A DNA stretch of 26,764 nt from an uncultured Chthoniobacteraceae bacterium (GTDB lineage: Bacteria; Verrucomicrobiota; Verrucomicrobiia; Chthoniobacterales; UBA10450), in NCBI GenBank assembly GCA_964523205.1, contig CAZFZG010000003.1, positions 10,719 through 37,482 of the forward strand. Reading direction: 5' to 3'. A program made the position numbers and the translations under genes. This document shows, piece by piece, positions 1 through 8,002 of this stretch. The first letter of the stretch is position 1. Every line of letters starts with the position of its first letter. Under the pieces are notes generated by a model, which saw only the letters and a list, made by a program, of their open reading frames with translations, was not told the origin of the DNA and searched no databases.

Positions 1-1
1 T

Positions 2-280
2 GTAGTGATCGCGAAGGAGCAGCGCCGCGCGGACGCGCTCGAACAGATTCAGGAATTGCGCGACCGCGGTTACCGAGTCGATTACCCACTCACCGGCGAC
101 AAGGTCGCAAAACAATTTCAAGCCGCCGAGAATGCCCGGGCGCGAATCGCATTGCTTTACGGCGACGAATGGCCGCAGGTGAAATTGAAAGACCTGGCGA
201 CTCGGGAAGAATCGTTAGTTCCAAGCGCAGCATTGCTGGACAGCGTCGCAAAATTCTTCAAGGTCTCCGATTCCGCCTGA
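2..280 (+). CDS. hisS: Histidine--tRNA ligase, C-terminal anticodon-binding domain (5' truncated by window edge)
   Basis: Frame is open from base 2 (VVIAKEQ...LRDRGYRVDY...KQFQAAENARARIALLYG...VKLKDLATREE), which resembles a class IIa anticodon-binding domain. It lies 3 bp upstream of aspS, the common hisS-aspS order. Confidence 0.85.
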   Translation, partial: VVIAKEQRRADALEQIQELRDRGYRVDYPLTGDKVAKQFQAAENARARIALLYGDEWPQVKLKDLATREESLVPSAALLDSVAKFFKVSDSA

Positions 281-283
281 ACC

Positions 284-2077
284 ATGTATCGCACCACCGG
301 TTGCAACTCCCTTCGCAAGAGCGACATCGGCAAGGAAGCCACCCTTGCCGGATGGGTCCACGTGTCGCGCGATCACGGCGGCGTCATTTTCATAGATCTG
401 CGCGATCGCGAAGGAATTACCCAGGTCGTATTTCGGCCGGAGGAAAATGCCGCCCTCGCGAAGGAGGCGCACGGTTTGCGTAGCGAGGATGTGATTCAGG
501 TTTCGGGCAAAATCGCCGCGCGCGTGCCGGGAACGGAAAATTCAAAGCTAACAACCGGCGACATCGAATTGATTCCGTCTCAGTTGAAAATTCTGAATCG
601 AACGGCCGATTTGCCTTTTCCGATCGACGCCGAGATTCACAACGAAGATTTGCGGCTGACTTATCGCTATTACGATCTACGCCGGCCGGAACTGTACCGG
701 AATCTGAAAATTCGTCATCGCGCGGCCAAGGCGACCCGCGATTATCTCGACTCGCAAGGTTACCTCGAAATCGAGACGCCGATTTTGTCTAAGAGCACGC
801 CGGAAGGCGCGCGGGACTTTTTGGTTCCCAGCCGCTTGATGCCGGGAAAATTCTTTGCGCTGCCGCAGGCACCGCAGCAATACAAGCAACTTTTACAGGT
901 TGCGGGCGTGGAAAAATATTTCCAGATCGCGAAATGTTTTCGAGACGAGGATTTGCGAGCCGACCGCCAACCGGAGTTCACTCAAATCGACATCGAGGCG
1001 TCGTTCGTTCGGCCGGAGGACATTTTCTCACTGACCGAAGGAATGCTGGCGGCGGTTTTCAAGGCGACAAGAGGGATCGACATCAAGACGCCGTTTGATC
1101 GGCTGACTTATCGCGAAGCGGTTAGCCGTTTCGGCAGCGACAAGCCTGACCGTCGGTTCGGAATGGAACTTGTCGACCTTAGCGACGATTTCCGTCGGAG
1201 CAGTTTCAAAGTCTTCCGGGGCGCGCTGGATGCCGGCGGCGTGGTGAAAGCAATCAACGCCAAGAATTTCGCTTCGCTCACGATCGGCCAAAGCGACGAG
1301 CTGACCGAGATTGCCAAGACATTCGGCGCGAAGGGCCTCGCGTTTATCAAGGTTGAGCAGGGGGAATGGAAATCGCCAATTGTTAAATTCTTCAGCGATA
1401 CGGAGAAAGCCGCCTTGAAATCGAAACTAAAAATCGAAGAAGGCGATCTGATCCTGTTTGCAGCCGACAAATGGGACATTGCCTGTGAAGTGCTTGGCCG
1501 AATTCGGCTGAGAGTAGCGGCGTATCAAGACCTGATTGCTAAAGGCCAGTCCGGCTCGGACATTTGGGACTTTTTGTGGGTCTACGATTTCCCATTGCTG
1601 CTTTGGAGCGCAGAAGAAAACAAATGGAACGCAATGCATCATCCGTTCACGCGCCCGAAAGCCGAAGACGTGGCGCTGCTCGACGATAAAACGAAGTTTC
1701 CCGAGATCCGGGCCGAAGCCTATGACGTTGTGCTTAACGGCGTCGAGATTGGCGGCGGCAGCATTCGAATTCACGAGCCGCCGTTACAGGACAAGATGTT
1801 CGGAGTTCTCGGCATCAGCCCCGAAGATCGACAAAAAATGTTCGGGCATCTGCTGCGTGCGCTGCGACTCGGCGCGCCGCCGCATGGCGGGATCGCGTTT
1901 GGGCTCGATCGCTTGGTGATGTTGATCTGCGGCGCCGAAACGATCCGTGAGGTGATGGCGTTCCCCAAGAATAATCGCATGTTGGACTTGATGTCGCACT
2001 CACCGTCCGATGTCGATCCTCGCCAGTTGCGCGAGCTTGGAATCAAGCTGGCCAGCGAAAAGAAGGCGAAATCCTAA
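284..2077 (+). CDS. aspS: Aspartate--tRNA ligase, bacterial type with GAD insert, probably non-discriminating (Asp/Asn)
   Basis: OB-fold RDHGGVIFIDLRD, motifs ETPIL..STPEGARDF, LPQAPQQYKQLL, FRDEDLRADRQPEFTQID and motif 3 PPHGGIAFGLDRL; 597 aa. Confidence 0.98.
   Translation: MYRTTGCNSLRKSDIGKEATLAGWVHVSRDHGGVIFIDLRDREGITQVVFRPEENAALAKEAHGLRSEDVIQVSGKIAARVPGTENSKLTTGDIELIPSQLKILNRTADLPFPIDAEIHNEDLRLTYRYYDLRRPELYRNLKIRHRAAKATRDYLDSQGYLEIETPILSKSTPEGARDFLVPSRLMPGKFFALPQAPQQYKQLLQVAGVEKYFQIAKCFRDEDLRADRQPEFTQIDIEASFVRPEDIFSLTEGMLAAVFKATRGIDIKTPFDRLTYREAVSRFGSDKPDRRFGMELVDLSDDFRRSSFKVFRGALDAGGVVKAINAKNFASLTIGQSDELTEIAKTFGAKGLAFIKVEQGEWKSPIVKFFSDTEKAALKSKLKIEEGDLILFAADKWDIACEVLGRIRLRVAAYQDLIAKGQSGSDIWDFLWVYDFPLLLWSAEENKWNAMHHPFTRPKAEDVALLDDKTKFPEIRAEAYDVVLNGVEIGGGSIRIHEPPLQDKMFGVLGISPEDRQKMFGHLLRALRLGAPPHGGIAFGLDRLVMLICGAETIREVMAFPKNNRMLDLMSHSPSDVDPRQLRELGIKLASEKKAKS
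1543..1559. repeat. 17-bp dispersed motif AGGCCAGTCCGGCTCGG, copy 1 (inside aspS)
   Basis: Identical to 12055-12071 by direct reading. Confidence 0.7.
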
Positions 2078-2394
2078 TAGCCGAGCGCTTTCTTGCGTTC
2101 TGCCGCCGTTGGCAACGCTTCCTTCTTGACCGTGATTGGATCGGTGCCCGCGTCTTTGATTCGGTGAGCTTCGGTCGCGTTGAATTCGGTGTCTTTTCCG
2201 AACTCGGCCGGCAAGTCGGCCTCAGCGTAAATCGCGTGAACGGGACAGACGTCGACGCACGCAGTGCAATCGATGCATTCCTCGGGATGAATGACGAGCT
2301 GTTTCTCCATTTCGTAGAAGCACGTGACCGGACAGACTTCGACACAGTCAGTGAACTTACATCCGTTGCATTTATCAGTGACGACGTGAGCCAT
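2074..2394 (-). CDS. fdxA: 7Fe ferredoxin ([3Fe-4S]+[4Fe-4S], Azotobacter FdI/FdxA type)
   Basis: CxxCKFTDCVEVCPVTCF...IHPEECIDCTACVDVCPVHAI matches the FdI cysteine pattern, followed by a C-terminal extension. Confidence 0.92.
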   Translation of the reverse strand: MAHVVTDKCNGCKFTDCVEVCPVTCFYEMEKQLVIHPEECIDCTACVDVCPVHAIYAEADLPAEFGKDTEFNATEAHRIKDAGTDPITVKKEALPTAAERKKALGY

Positions 2395-2444
2395 AGGACT
2401 TGGTAATTGGTATGAAGGGAATCTCGCCGGTCAATTCCCGGCTT

Positions 2445-4055
2445 TCATTTAATTGAGTCGGGCGGCGGATGATGTTCGCGGCCGGTCCGGAAAAGGATCG
2501 CCACGCAGAAGGTGACGATCGTTCCAAAGCAGATCCACCACGGAAATTCGACAGCAGGCAACCAATCTGGCCTTGTGTAGGCGACCCGGCCGAAGATTCC
2601 AGCAATCGCGTTGAAGAGATTGCTGATGATTGCGACGAAGATGAATCCGATAACCATCGCGATGATGTTGCCGACGTTGCTACCACGACGTCGGGTAAAC
2701 ATTCCACAAAGAAAAACACCGAGGACTGGCCCATAAGTGTAGGCGAAGACGCTGAGGACGATCGGAATGATGCGAAGGTTCGGGTAGACAATAACCAGAT
2801 AAGAAGTGATCGACGCAACGACAATCATCAACATCGAGAACCAGATCGTGGCCCAGCGCACCGCGCGCAAGCTTTGTTCACTTGTCGATCCCGGGTTGAT
2901 ATAAGGCTCGTACCAATCGCGGGTGAAACTGGTAGCCAGCGCGTTGATTGCCGTGCTGAGCGAGCCCATTGCCGTCGCGAAAATCCCCGCGATTAACAAG
3001 CCGCGCAGACCGACGGGCATTTGGTAGAGAATGAAATGACAGAACACTTCGGGCGATTTCGGAAGATTCGGTTCGGGATGAGTTTGATAATAGGCCCAGA
3101 GCAAAATGCCGATGCTGAGAAAAGTCAGAACGATGGGAATATCAGCCAGTCCGGAAAGAACGAGCGAGCGGCGACTGCGTCGAACGTCGGGCGCGGTCAG
3201 CATGCGTTGGACCATGTCCTGATCGGTCCCGTGGGTGGCCATAGTAATGAATGTTGATCCAATGAGGCCGGCGAAAATGGTGTATTCGAGTTCGAACATG
3301 CCTTTCCATTTGTCCCAGCCGCTTTTGGCGGGATCGAGTCCCGTTGTGATGATGTCGGAGAAATGAAAACCTCCGTGGAGCTCGGCGATTTTGTGCCAAC
3401 CGCCGGGGATCGCAAAATAAAGCAGACCGAGCGCGGTTAGCGCGCTGCCGATCATGATTGAAGCTTGAATGAAATCGGTCCAGACGACGGCTTTGATTCC
3501 ACCCAGCGTGGTGTAGATCGCGGTCAGGAGAACGATGGCGATTGTCGATCCAATATAGATCCAAAGCGTCTCCGATTGGCCGGGCCGTGTGCCGGTGATC
3601 ATTTCATAGGCGAGCACGAGCGCGATAGCCGCCACGTAAAGCCGCGCGCCGGATGCGAGCACACGCGTGAACATGAAAACCGCGGAGGCGGCGTTCTTGG
3701 TGGGCACACCGAAGCGCGCGGTCAGGTATTCGTAGATCGAATAAACTTTGTAGTCGTAGTACGGCTTGATGAAGATGTAGCTCACGAGGATCCGCGCGAG
3801 AATGGTGCCGAACGCGAGCTGAACGTAAGTGTAATTGCGGAGCGCGAAACCTTCGCCGGGTGTGCCGAAAAATGTTCCAGCGCTGGTTTCGGCGGCGATG
3901 ATCGATGCCAGCACGGCCCACCATGGGATGCAGCGTCCACCGAGCGCGAAGTCGGCCAGGTTCTCTTCCTTACGCCCCATGTAGAGGCCGATTCCGATGA
4001 TGATGACGAAATAAAGAAGGAGAACTCCGCAATCGATCGCCAGCCGTGCGTCCAT
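2445..4055 (-). CDS. Sodium:solute symporter (SSS/SLC5) family transporter, substrate unknown
   Basis: 536-aa polytopic membrane protein with SSS motifs (FALGGR..PWW, AAETSAGTF.G.PG, YTTLGGIKAVVWTDFIQ, QDMVQR.L, AMGSLSTAINALATS). Confidence 0.92.
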   Translation of the reverse strand: MDARLAIDCGVLLLYFVIIIGIGLYMGRKEENLADFALGGRCIPWWAVLASIIAAETSAGTFFGTPGEGFALRNYTYVQLAFGTILARILVSYIFIKPYYDYKVYSIYEYLTARFGVPTKNAASAVFMFTRVLASGARLYVAAIALVLAYEMITGTRPGQSETLWIYIGSTIAIVLLTAIYTTLGGIKAVVWTDFIQASIMIGSALTALGLLYFAIPGGWHKIAELHGGFHFSDIITTGLDPAKSGWDKWKGMFELEYTIFAGLIGSTFITMATHGTDQDMVQRMLTAPDVRRSRRSLVLSGLADIPIVLTFLSIGILLWAYYQTHPEPNLPKSPEVFCHFILYQMPVGLRGLLIAGIFATAMGSLSTAINALATSFTRDWYEPYINPGSTSEQSLRAVRWATIWFSMLMIVVASITSYLVIVYPNLRIIPIVLSVFAYTYGPVLGVFLCGMFTRRRGSNVGNIIAMVIGFIFVAIISNLFNAIAGIFGRVAYTRPDWLPAVEFPWWICFGTIVTFCVAILFRTGREHHPPPDSIK

Positions 4056-4068
4056 GAGCGCCTACTCT

Positions 4069-4099
4069 GAATGACGAATGACGAATGTCGAATGACGAA
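4069..4099. repeat. Heptamer tandem array (GAATGAC)x4, single arm
   Basis: GAATGAC GAATGAC GAATGTC GAATGAC GAA, in the divergent SSS/OGG intergenic space. Same unit as 6829-6941. Confidence 0.85.
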
Positions 4100-4151
4100 A
4101 GAAGATGGAATACATTCTGCCCCGAATTCTCTTGAAGCAGTTCCAACGCCA

Positions 4152-5111
4152 ATGATCGCAGAAGCTCTCGTGGAAATCCCGGCCTTGGATTTCGATCTGG
4201 CGATGACGCTCGATTCCGGACAGGTCTTTCATTGGGACAAATCTGGTGACGGTTTTGTCGGAACGATTGGCGACCTGCCAATTTACCTCCAACAGTACGG
4301 AGACGTTCTGAGAACGCAGGCTGGCCCTTCAGAACTTGAGCGGTTAAACCGGTCCAGTTCTCGAAGTGCAGTCGCTCGTTACTTCGCGCTTGATCATCCG
4401 CTCGCCAAAATCTGCGCGGCGTTTCCAAACGATGCAGCTATGAATGCGGCGAGAGAGTTTTGTCGCGGCTTGCGAATCATTCGTCAGCCGAAGTGGGAAT
4501 GTCTGGCCACGTTTATTTGTTCCTCGATGAAGCAGGTCGCGCACATCCGGCAGATTTCGAAGAAGCTGCGCGAGCGCTTCGGCGAACCGCGCGACATTGG
4601 TGAATCGGTGGTGTATACATTTCCGACAACCGAAGGAATCGCCGCTTCGTCGGAAAAAGAACTTCGCAAATGCGCCCTTGGTTATAGGGCGAAGAACCTG
4701 CTGGCAACGGCGCGGCTGATCGCGAATGGCGATGTCGATCTTGAAGAGCTAGGTGCGCTTTCGGACGTCGATCTCCGTGCGCGGTTGTGCGAGCTGCCGG
4801 GCGTGGGCGCAAAGGTTGCTAATTGTGTGATGCTCTTTGCCTACGAGCGGTTACGCGCGTTTCCGATCGACGTCTGGATCGAGCGGACTCTGCGGGAAAA
4901 GTATTTTCCCCGGGCAGGAAGATTGAACGCCGCACGGCTGCGAACGTTCACAGAGACATACTTCGGAGACCATGGGGGGTACGCCCAGCAATATCTGTTT
5001 CATCACGCGCGGAAAACAAAAACATTGGAGGGACGGGCTCCGTCCCGTCCGAAGAAGTTTGGGACGACACGGAGGTCGTCCCTCCATGACAAAGGTTCTG
5101 GCGTGCGATAA
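4152..5111 (+). CDS. 8-oxoguanine DNA glycosylase/AP lyase (OGG1-like, HhH-GPD superfamily)
   Basis: N-domain FDLAMTLDSGQVFHW, GLRIIRQPKWECLATFICS, HhH LPGVGAKVANC with catalytic Lys, FPIDVWI with catalytic Asp, GYAQQYLF. Start set at ATG 4152 because the longer start (4071) reads through the heptamer array. Confidence 0.9.
   Translation: MIAEALVEIPALDFDLAMTLDSGQVFHWDKSGDGFVGTIGDLPIYLQQYGDVLRTQAGPSELERLNRSSSRSAVARYFALDHPLAKICAAFPNDAAMNAAREFCRGLRIIRQPKWECLATFICSSMKQVAHIRQISKKLRERFGEPRDIGESVVYTFPTTEGIAASSEKELRKCALGYRAKNLLATARLIANGDVDLEELGALSDVDLRARLCELPGVGAKVANCVMLFAYERLRAFPIDVWIERTLREKYFPRAGRLNAARLRTFTETYFGDHGGYAQQYLFHHARKTKTLEGRAPSRPKKFGTTRRSSLHDKGSGVR
5026..5086. repeat. GGAG-tagged REP-like doublet (two inverted hairpin units) inside the 3' end of the OGG gene
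   Basis: TGGAG-GGACGGG-CTCCGT-CCCGTCC, a 10-nt spacer, then the inverted unit TGGAG-GGACGAC-CTCCGT-GTCGTCC on the minus strand. Terminal 10-bp inverted repeat is perfect. Confidence 0.85.
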
Positions 5112-5129
5112 TGTTTTGATTTCGAATTT

Positions 5130-6092
5130 ATGACGACGGCGGAATTCATCATCGGCAGTTCGGCAGACGACGCCGAGGAGCGAAAGCAGGAGGCACGCAA
5201 AGTTCTGGTCGCGCTTGTCGTCGCGATCATCATCCATCTCCTGATTGGATACTCTCTCGCCGTCTACGGCGGTTTGCTGTATAGGCCGTTCGCCGTCGCC
5301 GAAGAAGAGAAACCGGTTGAGCTCAGCTTTGTCGATCTGGCAACGCCGGCGCCGAAGAACACGATGTTTGTTCCGAACGACGAATCGAAGCAGACCGAAG
5401 CGCCGAAGGATAAGACCTTCGAATCAAATGCGAACTCGATCGCTGCAAGCTCACAACCTGCGACAGGTACCTTGCCCTTGCCGTCACAGGAAGGTAGCGA
5501 GCGGACCACGCTCAATTTTGATTCGCACGCCGCGACAGTGGCGAGCCAAGGCGCGCAAGCAAAACCAAGCATTGCACCGCAGCAATCGGCTTCGCCGCAA
5601 CCGAGCACACAGCCAACACCGGTTTCGAAGTCGGAAGAGTTTGCCATGCTGACGTCAAGTCCAACTCCGCCGCCGGTTGCCAGCACTCCACAGCAGCCCA
5701 GATCGGTTTACCAACCTTACCAAGAAAAAACTCGCCTGGCCGGGGCGATCACAAACCGCGGTATGTCGTCGGTGAATGCTGTCGGCACTCCGTTAGGTCG
5801 TTACCAAAAGGCCATCTACGACGCAATCGGGTCCCACTGGTACGCCTACATGGAACAAAAAGGCGATCTGGCGAGCCTCGGAACAGTTCGGGTCACGTTT
5901 GTAATTGACCGTAGTGGCCGGGTCCGGAATCTGAAGGTCGTTTCGAACGATTCGAACGAAGCGTTTGCCAACGTCTCCCTCCAAGCCATTCTTGATGCCA
6001 AGTTCCCACCCATTCCGGAGGAACTCGCAGATTCGCTGCCTCCCGAAGGGCTCGATCAAGAGATTAGCTTTATAAATTTCCCAAACAGGTAA
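5130..6092 (+). CDS. TonB-family energy transducer
   Basis: N-terminal TM helix ending in His (AIIIH), Pro/Ser/Gln-rich linker, TonB_C-like domain (GTVRVTFVIDRSGRVRNLKVV...AILDAKFPPIP). Followed by exbB- and exbD-like genes. Confidence 0.82.
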   Translation: MTTAEFIIGSSADDAEERKQEARKVLVALVVAIIIHLLIGYSLAVYGGLLYRPFAVAEEEKPVELSFVDLATPAPKNTMFVPNDESKQTEAPKDKTFESNANSIAASSQPATGTLPLPSQEGSERTTLNFDSHAATVASQGAQAKPSIAPQQSASPQPSTQPTPVSKSEEFAMLTSSPTPPPVASTPQQPRSVYQPYQEKTRLAGAITNRGMSSVNAVGTPLGRYQKAIYDAIGSHWYAYMEQKGDLASLGTVRVTFVIDRSGRVRNLKVVSNDSNEAFANVSLQAILDAKFPPIPEELADSLPPEGLDQEISFINFPNR

Positions 6093-6104
6093 TCTTGCGC
6101 TGAA

Positions 6105-6824
6105 ATGCTCAACGTTCTCGAAACCATCGCCGGATTTTTTGCCAAGGGCGGCGTTTTCATGTGGCCGTTGTTGGTCTGCTCGATCGTTTCACTAACGGTG
6201 ATTATTTTGCGCACCCTGGCGCTGCGGGAAAAAAATGTGTTACCGCTCACCATCGAGAGCGAAATGGAACGCCTCGCGCCGGGCGGAAACCCGGAACGAC
6301 TTTTTCGCCTCGCGCAGCAGGATGGCTCGTCTCTCGCGCGTATTGTACGGGTGGCCCTGGCTCATTTGCGCTGGCCGCGCTCGGAGAACGTGGAGACGGT
6401 CCAAACCCGCGCCCGTCACGAAATGGTGCGCCTTGAGCGCGGACTGGTGGTGCTGGAGGTGATCATCGGTATCGCACCGTTGCTCGGATTGATCGGAACC
6501 GTGTCTGGCCTCGTGCACGTTTTCGCCAGTCTCGGTGTCAGCGCCGGCTCGGCGGATCCTAAAATGATTGCCCGCGGAATTTCCGAAGCGCTCAATTGCA
6601 CCGTCTTCGGTCTGGGCATCGCGGTGCCGAGCTTGATTGCATTCGTTTACTTTTCCAAAAAGGTCGAGGTGATGTCGGTGGAAATGGAGTCGCTGGTGAC
6701 GGATTTACTTTCGAAATGTTATTACGGCCGTGTCCTCAGCGCTCGCAAGGCGCAAATCCAAGCCCCTTCCCAACCGATTACTCCGGCTCAGCCAGCGACG
6801 CCAGAGATCGCGCCGATGGCGTGA
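6105..6824 (+). CDS. exbB: MotA/TolQ/ExbB proton channel protein
   Basis: GGVFMWPL, LEVIIGIAPLLGLIGTVSG and GISEALNCTVFGL.IA family motifs. exbB versus tolQ cannot be resolved from sequence alone. Confidence 0.88.
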   Translation: MLNVLETIAGFFAKGGVFMWPLLVCSIVSLTVIILRTLALREKNVLPLTIESEMERLAPGGNPERLFRLAQQDGSSLARIVRVALAHLRWPRSENVETVQTRARHEMVRLERGLVVLEVIIGIAPLLGLIGTVSGLVHVFASLGVSAGSADPKMIARGISEALNCTVFGLGIAVPSLIAFVYFSKKVEVMSVEMESLVTDLLSKCYYGRVLSARKAQIQAPSQPITPAQPATPEIAPMA

Positions 6825-6828
6825 TCGA

Positions 6829-6941
6829 AATGACGAAGCACGAATCTCGAATGTCGAAACAAGTTCGAATGTTCAAATGACGAAGCGCTCCCTGTTAGAA
6901 CCGTTCTGCAATTCGTCATTCGTCATTCGTGATTCGTCATT
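6829..6941. repeat. Inverted pair of heptamer arrays: (AATGACG)-like left arm, (ATTCGTC)-like right arm
   Basis: Left arm AATGACG AAGCACG AATCTCG AATGTCG...AATGACG. Right arm ATTCGTC ATTCGTC ATTCGTG ATTCGTC ATT. Fills the exbB-exbD gap. Confidence 0.88.
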
Positions 6942-6947
6942 GGTTTC

Positions 6948-7355
6948 ATGAAGTTCGCGGTCCGGAAGCGACGAGCACCGTCGATCATTATCGTTTCATT
7001 GGTGGATATCCTGACGATCCTCCTGATTTTCTTTGTCGTTTCGACCACGTTCAGAAAGGATCAGCCGCAAGTGCAGATCAATTTGCCGGAATCGAAAACC
7101 GCGACGACCGCGCCGGCCGAACTCGAGCACGCCCTCCTGACCGTGAGCGAGAACGACGAGATCAAACTCGATGGGCAAACGGTCGCGGTGGAGGATTTGG
7201 AAAGCGCGGTGCGAAATTTGTCAGAAACGCGCCGCAGCTCGCTCGCATTGCAAGCCGACAAGAAGGCGTCGTTCGGAATCATCGTTAAAGTGATGGATGC
7301 GTTAAAGTTGGCAGGGGTGAAGAATTTGCCGGCGTTCACTCGTGGCGAAAAATGA
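6948..7355 (+). CDS. exbD: Biopolymer transporter ExbD/TolR
   Basis: SLVDILTILLIFFVVST (TM helix with conserved Asp), INLPES, L.ADKKASFG.IVKVMDALK.AG. Confidence 0.9.
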   Translation: MKFAVRKRRAPSIIIVSLVDILTILLIFFVVSTTFRKDQPQVQINLPESKTATTAPAELEHALLTVSENDEIKLDGQTVAVEDLESAVRNLSETRRSSLALQADKKASFGIIVKVMDALKLAGVKNLPAFTRGEK

Positions 7356-7951
7356 AGTTGTCCATCTTGCAATACGGCGACCCCATTTTGCGGGCGAAGG
7401 GAAAAGCGATCCGGCCGCTACCGGACGACCGGATTCGCCAGCTGGCGCAGAATATGATCGAGACAATGCACGCGGCCAGCGGCGTGGGTTTGGCGGCGCA
7501 ACAAATCGGCGAACCGATTCAGCTTACCGTTCTTGATGTTTCGCAGGTCGAGGATCGACCGACGGAGATGAAGTTGAATGGGAAGGATGTTGATCCAAAG
7601 ATGGTGATGCCGCTGGTGTTGGTTAACCCCCAAGTCGACCCGGGCAGCGAGACGGAAATGGGAACGGAAGGTTGTCTCAGTTTTCCGGAGATCTCGGGGG
7701 AGATCGAGCGGGCGAAATCAATCACGGTTCGCGCGCAAAACCTGGATGGCGACCCAATCCAAATCGAAACGGTTGGGTTCCTGGCCAGGGCGATCCAGCA
7801 TGAGGTCGATCATCTCAATGGAATCCTGTTTATCGACCGAATGAGCTCGGCGGTGAAGACAAGTTTGTCGAGCAAGTTGAAACGGCTGCAGAAGGAAACG
7901 CAGCGCGGCGCGAAACATCGACAACGTGCCGTAGCGGAGACGACGTTGTAG
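7352..7951 (+). CDS. def: Peptide deformylase
   Basis: All three motifs present: GVGLAAQQIG, EGCLS, QHEVDHL. ATGA overlap with the exbD stop. Confidence 0.97.
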   Translation: MKLSILQYGDPILRAKGKAIRPLPDDRIRQLAQNMIETMHAASGVGLAAQQIGEPIQLTVLDVSQVEDRPTEMKLNGKDVDPKMVMPLVLVNPQVDPGSETEMGTEGCLSFPEISGEIERAKSITVRAQNLDGDPIQIETVGFLARAIQHEVDHLNGILFIDRMSSAVKTSLSSKLKRLQKETQRGAKHRQRAVAETTL

Positions 7952-8001
7952 CCGCGGCCCTGCGGGCCGTTTCGGATGACCCGCCACGGGCGGGGGCTAC
8001 A
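7947..8001. repeat. GTAG-tagged REP-like doublet between convergent genes
   Basis: TGTAGCC-G-CGGCCC TGC GGGCCG ... CCCGCC ACG GGCGGG-GGCTACA: two 6-bp hairpins inside a TGTAGCC/GGCTACA inverted pair. Confidence 0.85.
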
Positions 8002-8002
8002 C

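Noticed and set aside
2412-2448. Imperfect inverted repeat (GGGAAT/ATTCCC, ATGAA/TTCAT) and TTGACC upstream of fdxA
   Set aside because: No U-tract and no acceptable -10 at the right spacing.
2719-3154. Partial matches to the 17-bp motif in the symporter gene (CCGAGGACTGGCC at 2719, GCCAGTCCGG at 3145)
   Set aside because: They fall in ordinary conserved-looking transporter sequence (GPVLG, LSGLA) and are too short to count as copies.
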